Virus record (IMG/VR): IMGVR_UViG_2857089846_000001
Span: 60,154-124,153 of that record
Reading direction: 5' to 3' (one strand)
Length of the DNA stretch: 64,000 nucleotides
Source of the DNA: a virus
Lineage: Duplodnaviria; Caudoviricetes
Positions within the stretch are counted from its first letter, which is position 1; each line of letters starts with the position of its first letter. Positions 40,901-44,955 of this stretch are shown here, in pieces. The notes beneath the pieces were generated by a model, which saw only the letters and a program-made list of their open reading frames with translations, did no database searches and was not told the origin of the DNA. Both the position numbers and the translations under genes were made by a program.

Positions 40901-41101
40901 CACGTTCTCTACGAGGACGTTCCGGCCGCCGAGGGCACGCACGACGCGCGCCATGCCGCCGCCCCACAAACGCGCGATGCCGCCGGTCTCAATGAATCGG
41001 CCCTTGGAGTCCCGGGGGTGCAGATCAGGGTTCCAGGGGCGGCGGGTCCGCTTCGCTTCGAGGCGGGCGGCGATACGGTCAGCGGCGTTCGTGATCTGCA
41101 T
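19952..41101 (-). CDS. Giant polyvalent protein (~7049 aa): DarB-like N6-adenine MTase + SNF2 helicase, UvrD-like SF1 helicase, repeated domains
   Basis: Uninterrupted 21-kb ORF. MTase: VLEPGSGSGNF, GNVPF (~37.3-37.0 kb). SNF2: VGAGKT, VDEAH, ATGTP, QRDGRVERQGN (~35.2-33.6 kb). SF1: AGTGKS, DEAQD, GDSNQAIYGFRGA, TQSFRFG, TAHKAKGLE, YVAVTRA (~31.5-29.8 kb). Start could be 41101-41119. Confidence 0.9.
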   Translation of the reverse strand: MQITNAADRIAARLEAKRTRRPWNPDLHPRDSKGRFIETGGIARLWGGGMARVVRALGGRNVLVENVATRERSTVHASRLTMVARPDGSKPTKSKKKVRDEDERRTADPRRGTGRADDDDEGDQGDTPDDPHDKDDEGEDIGEDVEGVDLGEGPEPEDDDPVLPRGRVFQDGQADEENPQTARFDALPISGGLGRSRARHRHGQGSALRAPGPKAKGDERRRRFTDSDHAQAATEELVSDYMQPLDQAWDDDWDDDDARSAYEDLSRELSSAIQVNADPNDQVNPAEIDDLPFLAESADDLARRAEEAGKDDIAEAAATLADALELAHTRFEAHGNKPIPRPRANRTHGNAWEPQAIKPAKKAVAAKPQRRRDPNRRFKTLDDVRAHWAGGQLRPFSKSEDAQQKHNAAMPELMDQLDKPQLSRNGHFTIGKLPAKKPTDGPYGWAVIHNDTGMRMVTTSRKAEALDFANRMETAELDGKLIDWDDPNAFDVFNTSQGMDLARRLSGESRQAFADRAAKKRESATSRTQPAPATPEQLDTPQARAAQQIAEQSGAPASSIAVGHVGASTFGDERGRPQNNEELREFWKRGGSDDVPESQRDVMRRLASDPTIKLHLADHRGFAIIERTNRDDEFRFEVRASGTGRSLSGLGTRGIHSYGKFADRDTADRFTLFLASNLRHEDGRTVDWGGPRLNTELSEFRDKDGQRSGKAIWHLAGRFDSERGANDGLAAVQYNRRRDQEEAERQAASAAPEQAAQPDAADSPQTAAADTGDEERTEKPQSRMDAARAAMNEAFTWAGAAQSMDDAPRGGPLVRMLSAAEVADDDEIQHRLKQFDSALEELDRETARQRKLPASERNYLRERIGNARNVIREAIDADQERAEAEGTPSPDSASSTSGEDRPRSQQRNIAAAELDIVLDQMILAQRGTLQDDETSSGQIERARALIDAVRDGEADSAADLGEILAEVEQAIRGRQDGLDESSKRYWLNELAEARNNLMGAEARLAERKPDDKPTRDQPSQQPADTGADRSEQVRQAGPEALGDVPSGSPEVPGQRGGADGVLRDAREPGARPNRRSRRAAASRSAAGDDAGRDGVADAGAQSGDGDRAERGSVPAEGARDGAPGAGRDAAADVDAPRFRPGSQEDLAPSGERGKAKANVAAVQTLRRIQAENRPATEEEQQILARWSGWGALPVVLSDKPNPQDKRFRDEDGQPNPEAYARALKRWESFAEERAEVRALLDDKEWAAARKNTLNAHYTDAALIQPVWDALRSLGFRRGRVLEPGSGSGNFIGHAPDGAEMVGIELDPTSAAISQLLYPDAQIINQPFQDLRLPPDSFDLAVGNVPFGKYKLHDPLDNPGRHHSIHDHFILKSLARVRPGGYVALVTSRYTMDSEDDSARRAMYDMADLVGAVRLPEGAHQRAAGTHVVTDLLLFRRREPSEYRHGRGDDSWLTASKTNIDGHEHAVNDYFQQNPKNILGQLAVGRGQFTDHDLTVRGDSNTLVSLRAALGRIAADAKSDGKGYDASQQNAALSLNLAGDARDGTIARGEGDSFMTVEDGNWVELDVHPGQRAQLGRLLELKGLSNRLIELEASTRQTGETNEMREARAALNRAYDAYVRKHPSPNKPGQRRQFSPPEALARRKAEGLKEVPDEWKLPTALALFEEDPDGHMVFGLDRWDADAKAPRKLNILTERVLQPREIPDRADTPEDAVAIALEQDGGRLELPTVARLLGMDQDAAREALADLAFDDPATGRLESRAAYLSGNVRQKLAEARAAAAEDPKYAVNVAALERVVPRDIRAADIRVKIGAPWVPIDVYEGFLRHLGLSDASVTHFGGNRWAVDGSDKGEIARTVWGVKGRNAYELFDSLLHQKLITITESQKLPDGSTKTYVNQKATSAARNKAKEMAKEFNKWVMADQQRAERLGRIYNDKFNSIALRDYDETPLTLPGVKTGWQMRPHQNAAIRRITQEPTTLLGHVVGAGKTATMVGGAMELRRTGLASKPAIVVPNHMLEQFSREAVQLYPGAKVLAISRKDLHHKKRRKFIAKIAGGDWDVVVLTHDAFNSIPMTPKTQQAYMDKELALLRSQIEKIKARDGDDPSLKQMEQTLANQEEKLKERLETLKDERGIFFENTGIDYLFVDEAHEYKNLRTVSNLPGAAISGSSQATQLHMALGYLREHNASGRVASLATGTPIANSVTEAYVLMRYLAPHILEEAGIDDFDSWAATFGEVVTSLELAADGSGDYREKARFARFFNVPELLLGYRTFADIQTAADLNLPTPPVRAGENGRRGEVIAIPSSVEQRRYVQSLQDEDWIREPGGILKAIGFASRAAIDMRLQGGSGHEGGKLEAAAEQIARIYEEHKDTVYPVSTKDATPQELPGSLQLVFLDEGTPGSTGKIKFDAYEAMRDELVAAGVPREKVRFIHEAKDDKAKAKLFEEARNGKIAVLIGSTQKMGTGTNVQDRAVALHHLSFPWRPADMAQRDGRVERQGNLNVPGVDGTPDDVRIMYYITEGTFDEFRLGTLERKAVFINQMARRDFNAREMEDIGDDAVSMGTFKAIASGNPAIAERALAQGELVDLQRQNADWYEQQQERRDRIARLDGRIESLERALPEMREALAQRQDVSGDNFQATIGGVSYDSRADAAQDLGQRMADIAKDTRHRDGATVPLGEIGGVNFLAEVEYDADGNRMVRLRLDHAPSYTNAATPDTRGLWSARKINDTSGRGAIQSLENLLKSLDADIEKRQKELDQARVTKREAESHLEEGQSPFEEQVASTERRVQALTEMVMHHQEAKKLRERIHEAGEKADPGLRKRLKEVEEETRVLKALADQERARTFKPAPEKPKRAETAQQPAPQQAAVREDGRPRPSSLSESELDSELSSIEEAINQGTADDAAVDRHARLTTERARRARSQPADSTTAEQREGEAASPRGPETGEGTVTLDPAKVRSELNGLAEEGTSDESAGSPGETGTTTTSETSEPTTKAPETEEQPAESAPTPAPTQGTGSRDEAPASGRQAPADRPREASPRAAGEDSQQQPAAGSRPERSSPAGRPTPQPSATDMDDEQLADAIGDLEEELSGFADSTDRLDLARRRRMEQRLFELQEEERRRWTPEPEYDDNGKLVERSRGSVVRDRLEGYGLNNAEVEDLVTRVEDLPAAKPGGYSDEEWERIDAAAAANESYPPTDEQDIIIQGAARRGLNMAVMALAGTGKSSTLKMLSHRMPGKKIVYLAFNRSVAAEAREAQARGEYAKNMLASTANAYAARVADRRLNDRLPSNKKGGFKKLNAQQIADRMRWYDTVRAGGRELSPGGAATVAERMLQQWAKSADAEMGPQHVNAKTEEERRDLFNAVKPLADRMWANLTDPEAGDPERDLTMDFDYIVKQWALGGYKLDADTLFWDEAQDVNPVMEGVVRAALDQGVQVVAVGDSNQAIYGFRGASDALTRLPVDARATLTQSFRFGPAVADVGNRFLRLLGTRMRLRGYDRKDSHLGQLQPGEESMVIARTNAGVALAAVQSLAAGRTVAVSGGVKALQEFVLAARALAAGENTDHAELARFNGMAYDDILEEVKTDPDLQQLASLFSLLEKHGDDIDLLLSSGARPAETELVGDRVWVRMDWNDPEAAGLREWFRSHRTNGVGRITYDANTKRFYYQAGKRTESFTKNGRTINYQVDNKLSLEEAKERIDAHLARVYPQTETEEGRGRLVPEHEKHDVLVTTAHKAKGLESERVRIADDFTGPEETDDGNIDWDTIPDDEALRVAYVAVTRATEVLDPGSLGWVFRAVRDDDPTQPPKGEYRRDFELGDFQPGDEIDFQEEDGTPNIGVVSEIDPPVLSVLSTSDEPGVGGKRQEIGPAQVQRRNGQGRPLLDVASDEELDAVLGEDTARAARESQPNADSAAAPQSEEPTGSPAVPAPAADIITGDQVPPGPGATPYELEKYRRRFNIRYKVGYYVDYRNDDGETVTARVVKTTGNPILRDDAGHEFRADPDWYADRFIAVRADDGSPLPRPTWADTLPEGFRAVSPEEIQPGHAIREGSWADLLWGKRFVMATGTGEDGSTRLYTAHLATIGGVNLGYDPRQLVVLDETEESRQLAEEALRRRDVRKSAKFQGLTLPKKLPAPSDETNAPDAPTPAPKPDNAPDADTSSWGEGDQVLTPQHGAGAIRHIADNGFALVDTDSGMRPIALAELRRPGQDASAAELDRKAEAGAKRERENAWLAAAATSEGAPIESMDGYRLANLDVDAGHGAIMRDGEMVAWIRARGPKGASTWKAQDARGGGPRTPAAAISEGTGENGLYRSIKGAAWSAAYQADSNVDPSHGRGVTRPEDMRGEILGTLLTKAQFRELGDLAKRWANGDDADLRHVANNYYSGPVSANQMRYAADAIDQEADALDLSTADGRRREKLYRRLAQGVRWQARGLEASATMPPPGEPDPFSRRGDAPAPDAAQAADTEVGNGPEEIREKVGEHNGKPVEVGEVQTIPAESRFQRDEVRRSVYLDGERIGSLLHSDAEWTGGDAWRADHDLYGSVGDQWYRQGDFDNPGHAAALALAGEHGKPLLSFPGDRSGRAEPIREWAGVWAEPQPAGVRNVYLDRALAHNGDGWTATADPWQVRFWISTMADVEPSAQYDENTRRSLEEVPQEARQYLAGLVEELRSSVQKAGEELRADLRPLLVDRIATRNGRKKALELRNQLAEERTQKVRELVREQVARARVGAEEHGLSEQQAEDFLVSVVGGDNPDQTTYGIRGEFPEALRPLQAAVADARAYWAAFAGWATQDDSGNWAGMHWENGRRESLGAPMIPAADARSGTGELRIGEAELPRGMRWVRGSELGEGHIFHTVSSARRGTADVFDGMEPPHYVIHTHRNGREGEIRSVSLDSDRGSHTVGAEEWVVLVEKPEPAVRKRAQHRARTDVFTNWGLPKDHETYELGGPDRVAALVARADVAEVANDGSKKEWSVSVDGVDVGRIAHDWGKSPTDYHAESADGQRRTWSDKDLATAGLVAAYDAASRDEQEGNRRDDENDENDGQDGQDDADAERRRRNRRRRRDRDRNRPESGGDTPGGARPVIPRVPGRNRDDDDDDGRDSSGNQDEPRRLEALKNRYRSGEAPVPSGADPERHAQYLRGLASNDSLTLSPGGGLVTWTNTGDTWRFGHAASGLHLEGWEVSGDAIGGREGARRLAGAYEGLRDADGELIDWTSPVLDPERMRAWSDADGMPLAGAVARARQNMIDLRSDESREASGPDAPAAPGRTTESGDAAPRRPGDDSRGRAGTAAVGGAQGTTQGEGQQGADTAAPGATAEPSQYVGNAVHGPQHAGSVDGRRIPTAEELKRYESRGSDRVINEEGERALFGSPEQMRALAEEGFVPGPLMRSDRSGQVWRNGRLIGNLNAPHRYRNDHTDGDPEVWWSELPFGSSGPHFATREAAIAHLVLRDKERGEPDLSIVHPDLARDLSSMDDGRALDGRRGLESLENRPEDMERLQALRDLLAALGRGETPSGNVADDLARLHDELRWLNTHYKQPPTSLKEANIHGPGWLADEIRKHLDVLRPEDPRAQHHEARLNRAAHQALNDLLADGARDRADRVPAGDIREGDIVHLSGRISGRSSGATASRTGYVIGEPQKATLTTDGKRQRAWRITVGGDPWEATRHAIDTETFVIPVDGSGLVLARAEDVNMPFDDHRYGRREGEAPRDTAPARSGNGADREPAGTPAAPGSAADRDQSGDRAEEAQPTSAGGAADNAPSSEGDSSNAPSDQDDRQEADPSAGKRTQGGRPKGEEPASEGDTTPADSAAPEPVGGRPAEWVKVSDLTLGDLVRVDGTTKRGTARTLAGYVVDGPKSIPTTQARRLQDMYRVLIADAPDSRDGKPVWVRPDAAAARATRDDADQFQGSPQTGADSDVLTGRIADRVPTDRNANGLFPGAIVTNDDGREGVVTGASANSVRVQFGDDRTDDDHAPTSLNVTDGGAARPDGWTTGGHRVRPGNIVSDRDGNMLGTVEDVDGDTATVAAPQGMAELPIGDLRVVGDTSNGDGQAPPKVARVESVTAGELKEGDLLVPRNGRPRRITSIRHTGTRTTLDTQDPIAGDIGSLSVPSDAPMRRAVDAEGGAPDFGPEDEPESPEPIVPHEPAPAVAPVNGPTVNPDLSPEERDAITDRGQVPTDDPEAQQAAARIANDLPVTAGQASALAGALREGADASTSEGRAARRAADHLDAAAGNESDGGTGRPEPGTIGAVGVGDTLMLPDEFDPDTMTAYRVVQIQEAPGGMRTLMIEDEDGLRFKRTFASGESLYQLPEPSSDATAAQDDDGDTPATSDPAAPAVPVARVQAGQLRVGDVIDAPLSGAGYRLNDHRRLTVVAPPHRNGWWMSVTVMDGDGNMHDLSLHSGRQVNVFERNRPTPALPPADGNQDASRPSAADRIRADYGDAVVRGVIDNAIQGTTTPGSIHQLREQIAAQLTPESLRSAMSRVRNEARDVIDGADLDDTERDELVSSLRPEAASARQDAVRAVLRTVNDLEPRDGESEEELAARAADLLRLIPEALRNRPDNDRDGDSIDGDSRVDRAVLRHVDDAVGEALADAVRGGELTEERRAAIVAQLAARLAATREETARRIASQVPEGRRPGVFAHALALLVAIARKLLSLLMALLKWLARVVAKAWRAGRNGTRSLRERLARFRRNLMERIKSWPETRRLRRLAAAADLPEHGDGLPLGDRVAHWARLLPAPGRFGQVSRRSRWYRPASRTSLAAGQLPAVRDGVRWAPDRAVDGGPGPQALRHLAAVRAAGQDVDTDVAARLAAAAPELGDDPHGNVRHASGYADAAERRLRDLEAAAAGGATDTDLEIAAARVEAQSARQEATRLQQAYTAALPDAVRDTLAELREMGPGTTATLVTTPDSDRDSVRALTDISQFVPRDWLTPADSRFIGARGGDTGGYDPDSRIATVADLGDGGRRTAAHALLAHLQQHYPDLLAAQEAFHFTRTHSGRVGARRRTSVDVLMARLFRNRTEQGDTGDVVPLGLGTLFSGDWYEDDDLRAFLLGLLATR
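37702..38013 (-). CDS. TnpV-like small protein nested in an alternative frame of the giant gene
   Basis: GTG after CAGGAG; MNKYGRQARRHWETYRPAAL...AFFETLG...MQARNQATEIVLNEEVF, 103 aa with globular composition. Confidence 0.7.
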   Translation of the reverse strand: MNKYGRQARRHWETYRPAALKSLGSEAEQTAFFETLGNRVLVRIGDLAEQLLRDLPQETTQDVMASRMQARNQATEIVLNEEVFLPKEPGTEHLELGETLPQT

Positions 41102-41108
41102 GCGGCGG

Positions 41109-41136
41109 ACCATGCACACCCGAGGTGGTTAACGTC
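41109..41136 (-). promoter_or_regulatory. Putative leaderless promoter GACGTTAA-N14-CATGGT-CCGCCGC-ATG
   Basis: Shared architecture, upstream of the giant gene. Confidence 0.6.
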
Positions 41137-41164
41137 GCGCCCTCAAGTCCGCAGGCCGGGCGTG

Positions 41165-41410
41165 CTACATCGACTCGGTCAAGATGTGCAGAAGGAACCA
41201 CACGGCACCACCCGCCACAGCGACCGTGAATATGGCCCGGCCGGCTTTCGAGCGGCGGATGCGGAACAGCCCGCGGGTGTTCTCGCTCAGGGTGTCGCCG
41301 TCCTTTCTGTTGAGCAGTGCGATCGTCTCGTAGACGACGAAGAACGCGACCCACGCAGTCCAGAGGATTGGGCTGATGTGGGTGCGGAGGAATCTGGCGG
41401 CGCGTCTCAC
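41165..41410 (-). CDS. Small 2-TM membrane protein
   Basis: 81 aa, two hydrophobic helices around GDTLSE; overlaps the portal stop. Confidence 0.7.
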   Translation of the reverse strand: MRRAARFLRTHISPILWTAWVAFFVVYETIALLNRKDGDTLSENTRGLFRIRRSKAGRAIFTVAVAGGAVWFLLHILTESM

Positions 41411-43827
41411 GGGGTCTCCTCAGCGGTGCGGTAGCGCAGTCGGCATCGGCAGTTGATGGTCAGGTGGAGCGGGGCGAGCTGGTCGCCCGGGTAGCGCATG
41501 GGGTATCCGTCGACGTCGTACGGCTGAGTGACGGGCAGGGTGGTGCCGTCCACTGCGGCGTGGGAGGCCCGTACACGGTCGTCTCGGCGCGTGACCCAGG
41601 TGCGGATGATGTCCGGCCCGATCGCCGCGGCGGTGACGTTGGCGGCGCCGTTGACGGTGGCGACGGCGGTGGTCTCCGCGATGGCCGCGGCGGTGTGGCG
41701 TCCCATGTCGGTGAACGCGGTCCGGACGAGCGCCACCAGGTCGTTGATGTCGCTGGTCACGCTCTGGCCCTGCTCAAGCAGGGTCATGAGGCTGTCGAGG
41801 AACCGGCGGGCCGCGTCCTCGCCTGCGTACACCGCGTCCAGGATGGCGGCCGTGAGCGGGGTGTGCGCGGGCGGCTCGGGGGCGCCGAGGGCTGCCGCGG
41901 TGTGCTGCGCGGTCGTGTGGGCGATGCCGGCGAGGACGTGGGCGAGGTCGCCGGCGAGCTCGTCCAGCCATCGGTCCGTGCCCACGATGCGCTCGATGTC
42001 CAGCGGCGCGTCGCCGCCGCGGGTGTCGGTGGGCCCGTCGTCCTTCCAGTACCGCGTGCCCTTGCGGGCCTTCGGCGACCGCAGGCGCGCGATGATGACG
42101 CCTTGCTGCCGGTCGAACAGGGGGGCGAGGACTGCGGCCGCAGCCTGCTGCGCCTGGTCGAAGTCGTCGTCGGTGACCTCGAATGAGGATGTGGCACTGT
42201 CGCCGGTCAGGGCCTTGACCTGAAGGCCGCGGGCTTCGCTGACGGCGGCCGCGGCCTCGCCCGGTATCCGCTGCTCGCTCTGGTGTGCAGCTTCGACGGC
42301 AGCTGAGGCTGCACCCGGTTGTGCGGGAGCCGCGTCGGCGCGGGCCTGCGCGACGACCGATTGGGCGGCGCCTGGCCCAGTCGGCTGGTCGGCGTCGGCG
42401 CGGGCCTGAGCGACGGCCGCCGCAGCATCACCGGTAGCAGTGCCGTCCGCCGGTGGAATCGGAGCGTTGGGGTCGGCTCCGGGCTGTCCCGGCGGGAGCT
42501 GCCCGGCGGCGCCGTCGGGTGCGGCGATGCCGAGGGCTGCGGCGTCTTCCGGCCGGGCGGGAACGGGTGCCTTCTGTGGGGAGATCCACAGGGCGCGGCT
42601 GTGCGGGTTGTCGTACGCGGGCAGGCCTGCGCGGCGCCGGTACTCGTCAATGCTGATCAGCCCGGCGTCCCACTCCTCACGGGCCTCGGCGCGGCGCCGG
42701 CGGCGCGGCAATTCCAGTACCTCGACGGCGGAGGTGTCGAAGCGGATCTTCGCTTGCGGGTTGCCGAGGTCGCCGGCGAATGCGCTGGCGATCGTGGCGA
42801 GGTGGTCCAACTCTGTGTGGTTCCAGAAGTTGAACTCTTCCTGCTCGGCGTTGTCGAAGGTGCGGCCGCTGGCGTTGCCGAGGACGCTCTCGGGCACGCC
42901 GAACGCGGCGAGAATCTCGATCTTCGCGTTCTGCGCGGCATGCTCGTACGCCATCTCGCGCGGCTTGGCGGCCAGGTCCACATAGTTCATGCCGCCCGGG
43001 CCTGCGCCCACGACTGAGACGTGCCCGGCGTACTCGGAGCCGGGCAGGAACCGGGCCTCCAGTCGGTCCATCTCGGCGGGGCTGAGGGTGGAGGTGTCGA
43101 CGGCGACGATGCCGCCTGGCCTCGCGTCGTTCTTGATGAAGGCGGTGTTGTACAGGCGGGACAGGTGGTCCAGCTCCACGCTGATCCCCGCGGCCTCCAG
43201 TGGGGTGACACCGGAGAAGGGATCGGTCGGGTGCGGATCGCGAATCCACCGGACACGCTCGGGGTCGAGCTCTCTCACCTCCCCGAAGAGGGTGGTGAAC
43301 TCGTAGTGCGCGATGTACTCGCCGCGCGGGTCGGGGACGGGGATAACCCGGTCCGGCGGCAGTAGGTCGAGCCGGGTGATGGTGCCGCGATTCGAGCGCG
43401 TGACCTCAACGAACGCACCGCGCTTGGAGAGCAGGATCTGCGCGGAAAGGCGCTTGCGGAACTGGGAGCCGGTCTCAACCGGGTTGGCCTTGCCGTTGAG
43501 GACGCGGAGGAGGGGATGGTCCTCGATGACCTCTTCGAACTCTCCGTCTTCGGTCAGTCCGACACCGATCTGCAGGGGCAGGCGTGCGGCGTGCTTGCCG
43601 ATGGTGTCGATGGCCTTGTAGACCCAGACGACGCGTTCGTACCCCTCGGTGACGACGCGGCCGACGTCCCAGCCGTCCGCGCGGCCTTCGGTGGACCAGA
43701 TGTTCGCGGTGCCCGCGTAGGTGGTGGAGGTGTATCCGCCACTCCAGGTGATCGTCTTCGCTTCGGTGTCGTGGCGCCCGGACGTGATCAGCGTGCGGAG
43801 CGCGGGGAGCCATCGGCGCTTGGCCAT
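41407..43827 (-). CDS. Portal protein fused to a MuF-like minor head domain
   Basis: Portal: WVYKAIDTI, LDLLPPDRV, FSGVTPLEAA, FIKNDARPGG, ILAAFGVP. Ala/Pro linker, then MuF TWVTRRDDRVRASH...INCRC. Confidence 0.92.
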   Translation of the reverse strand: MAKRRWLPALRTLITSGRHDTEAKTITWSGGYTSTTYAGTANIWSTEGRADGWDVGRVVTEGYERVVWVYKAIDTIGKHAARLPLQIGVGLTEDGEFEEVIEDHPLLRVLNGKANPVETGSQFRKRLSAQILLSKRGAFVEVTRSNRGTITRLDLLPPDRVIPVPDPRGEYIAHYEFTTLFGEVRELDPERVRWIRDPHPTDPFSGVTPLEAAGISVELDHLSRLYNTAFIKNDARPGGIVAVDTSTLSPAEMDRLEARFLPGSEYAGHVSVVGAGPGGMNYVDLAAKPREMAYEHAAQNAKIEILAAFGVPESVLGNASGRTFDNAEQEEFNFWNHTELDHLATIASAFAGDLGNPQAKIRFDTSAVEVLELPRRRRRAEAREEWDAGLISIDEYRRRAGLPAYDNPHSRALWISPQKAPVPARPEDAAALGIAAPDGAAGQLPPGQPGADPNAPIPPADGTATGDAAAAVAQARADADQPTGPGAAQSVVAQARADAAPAQPGAASAAVEAAHQSEQRIPGEAAAAVSEARGLQVKALTGDSATSSFEVTDDDFDQAQQAAAAVLAPLFDRQQGVIIARLRSPKARKGTRYWKDDGPTDTRGGDAPLDIERIVGTDRWLDELAGDLAHVLAGIAHTTAQHTAAALGAPEPPAHTPLTAAILDAVYAGEDAARRFLDSLMTLLEQGQSVTSDINDLVALVRTAFTDMGRHTAAAIAETTAVATVNGAANVTAAAIGPDIIRTWVTRRDDRVRASHAAVDGTTLPVTQPYDVDGYPMRYPGDQLAPLHLTINCRCRLRYRTAEETP

Positions 43828-43828
43828 G

Positions 43829-44188
43829 TCACGCCCCCTCGCTGCTCAGGAAGACGCCGACCGCGAGCACGAGTGCGAACAGGAGGGACCAGGGCGTCAG
43901 GTGCAGGGCGAGGCCGACGAAGATCCATAGGCCGAATGTCAGGGCGCAATACCCGGCGATGATCCGGAGGGCGGGCGGAAGGGGCGGGGCGATGGAGAGG
44001 ACGGTGCCGCCGCCGACGGTGAGGGCCAGGCCGACCAGGAACAGCGTGACGAGTGGTTCGGCGGCGTACAGGGCCCCGAGCAGGCCGACCGTACCGGCAC
44101 TGACCAGGAGAAGGCCGATCAGGTCGCGGGCGATGCGACGCCGGGGCGCTCGGTGGCCGGGGGGCGGGGTCTGCGTTGGAGGTTTCAC
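43829..44188 (-). CDS. Multi-TM membrane protein preceding the portal
   Basis: 119 aa, about 4 hydrophobic helices. Confidence 0.75.
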   Translation of the reverse strand: MKPPTQTPPPGHRAPRRRIARDLIGLLLVSAGTVGLLGALYAAEPLVTLFLVGLALTVGGGTVLSIAPPLPPALRIIAGYCALTFGLWIFVGLALHLTPWSLLFALVLAVGVFLSSEGA

Positions 44189-44195
44189 GCGGCGG

Positions 44196-44222
44196 ACCGT
44201 AAGGACCCGCGTTGGTTGCGTC
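44196..44222 (-). promoter_or_regulatory. Putative leaderless promoter GACGCAAC-N13-TACGGT-CCGCCGC-GTG
   Basis: Shared architecture. Confidence 0.6.
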
Positions 44223-44228
44223 TCGGGC

Positions 44229-44384
44229 TCAGTCGTCGCAGACGATCAGGGTGGCGAGGCCGAGCCATGTGGCTACCGTCGCCACGATGGCGACGATCGA
44301 GCTGAGCTGAGGGTCTCCGGTGAGGTAGTGGGTGCCGCTGCCGGAGAGGCCGCCGAGCAGCAGGCCGAGGAGGAAGATGGGCAT
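44229..44384 (-). CDS. Small 2-TM peptide (51 aa)
   Basis: MPIFLLGLLLGGLSGSGTHYLTGDPQLSSIVAIVATVATWLGLATLIVCDD; follows the upstream stop by 9 nt. Confidence 0.6.
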   Translation of the reverse strand: MPIFLLGLLLGGLSGSGTHYLTGDPQLSSIVAIVATVATWLGLATLIVCDD

Positions 44385-44393
44385 GGGGCGCCC

Positions 44394-44840
44394 CTACCGC
44401 GGCCGGGAGACGCCGGCGACGTACGCGTTGATGCCGCGCCGCTCGATCTTGCCGCCGGGGATCAGCTTGGCGTTCGACGGCATCTCGGGGATCTTCCTCT
44501 TCGCGCGCTGCGTCTGGTCGCCGCCGATCAGGTGCCGGTTGTCGATCTGGGCCTCGCAGTCGATGTCAGCGACGTCCTCGTACGGTCGGCGGCAGTTGCG
44601 GCAGTACACCTCCAGGGCGTCCACACGGGTGCCGCCCACAGTGGTGAAGGAGCCCCGGAAGTCGGCGAGCTTGGCGACGCGGTCTTCGACCTTGATCTCT
44701 GCGGCCACGATCCACACGTGCGCGAGTGACTGTTCCGGCTCCTCGTTGACGGGAGTGGGCGGGGAGCTCTCCCGTGGCTCGGCGAAGAGGTCAGCGAAGG
44801 GGGTGAACGCGAGTTGGTCACTGACTACAGGGGTTGGCAC
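44394..44840 (-). CDS. Hypothetical protein with CxxC
   Basis: 148 aa, VYCRNCRRPY..C..HLIGG; RBS GGAGG. Confidence 0.7.
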   Translation of the reverse strand: MPTPVVSDQLAFTPFADLFAEPRESSPPTPVNEEPEQSLAHVWIVAAEIKVEDRVAKLADFRGSFTTVGGTRVDALEVYCRNCRRPYEDVADIDCEAQIDNRHLIGGDQTQRAKRKIPEMPSNAKLIPGGKIERRGINAYVAGVSRPR

Positions 44841-44955
44841 AGTGTGGGTCCTCCCGGCGGCGATACAGCGGATCGTGGCCGAGCGTCAATGCCTGGCCGC
44901 CTCTATGGACGGAGTGACATCGGCATGCGTTACACCCTCCGTGCCCGGTGTCCGG

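Noticed and set aside
44865-44940. Virion-type promoter upstream of 44840
   Set aside because: Only partial matches (GACGCTCG, GGTGTAAC) without a fitting hexamer.
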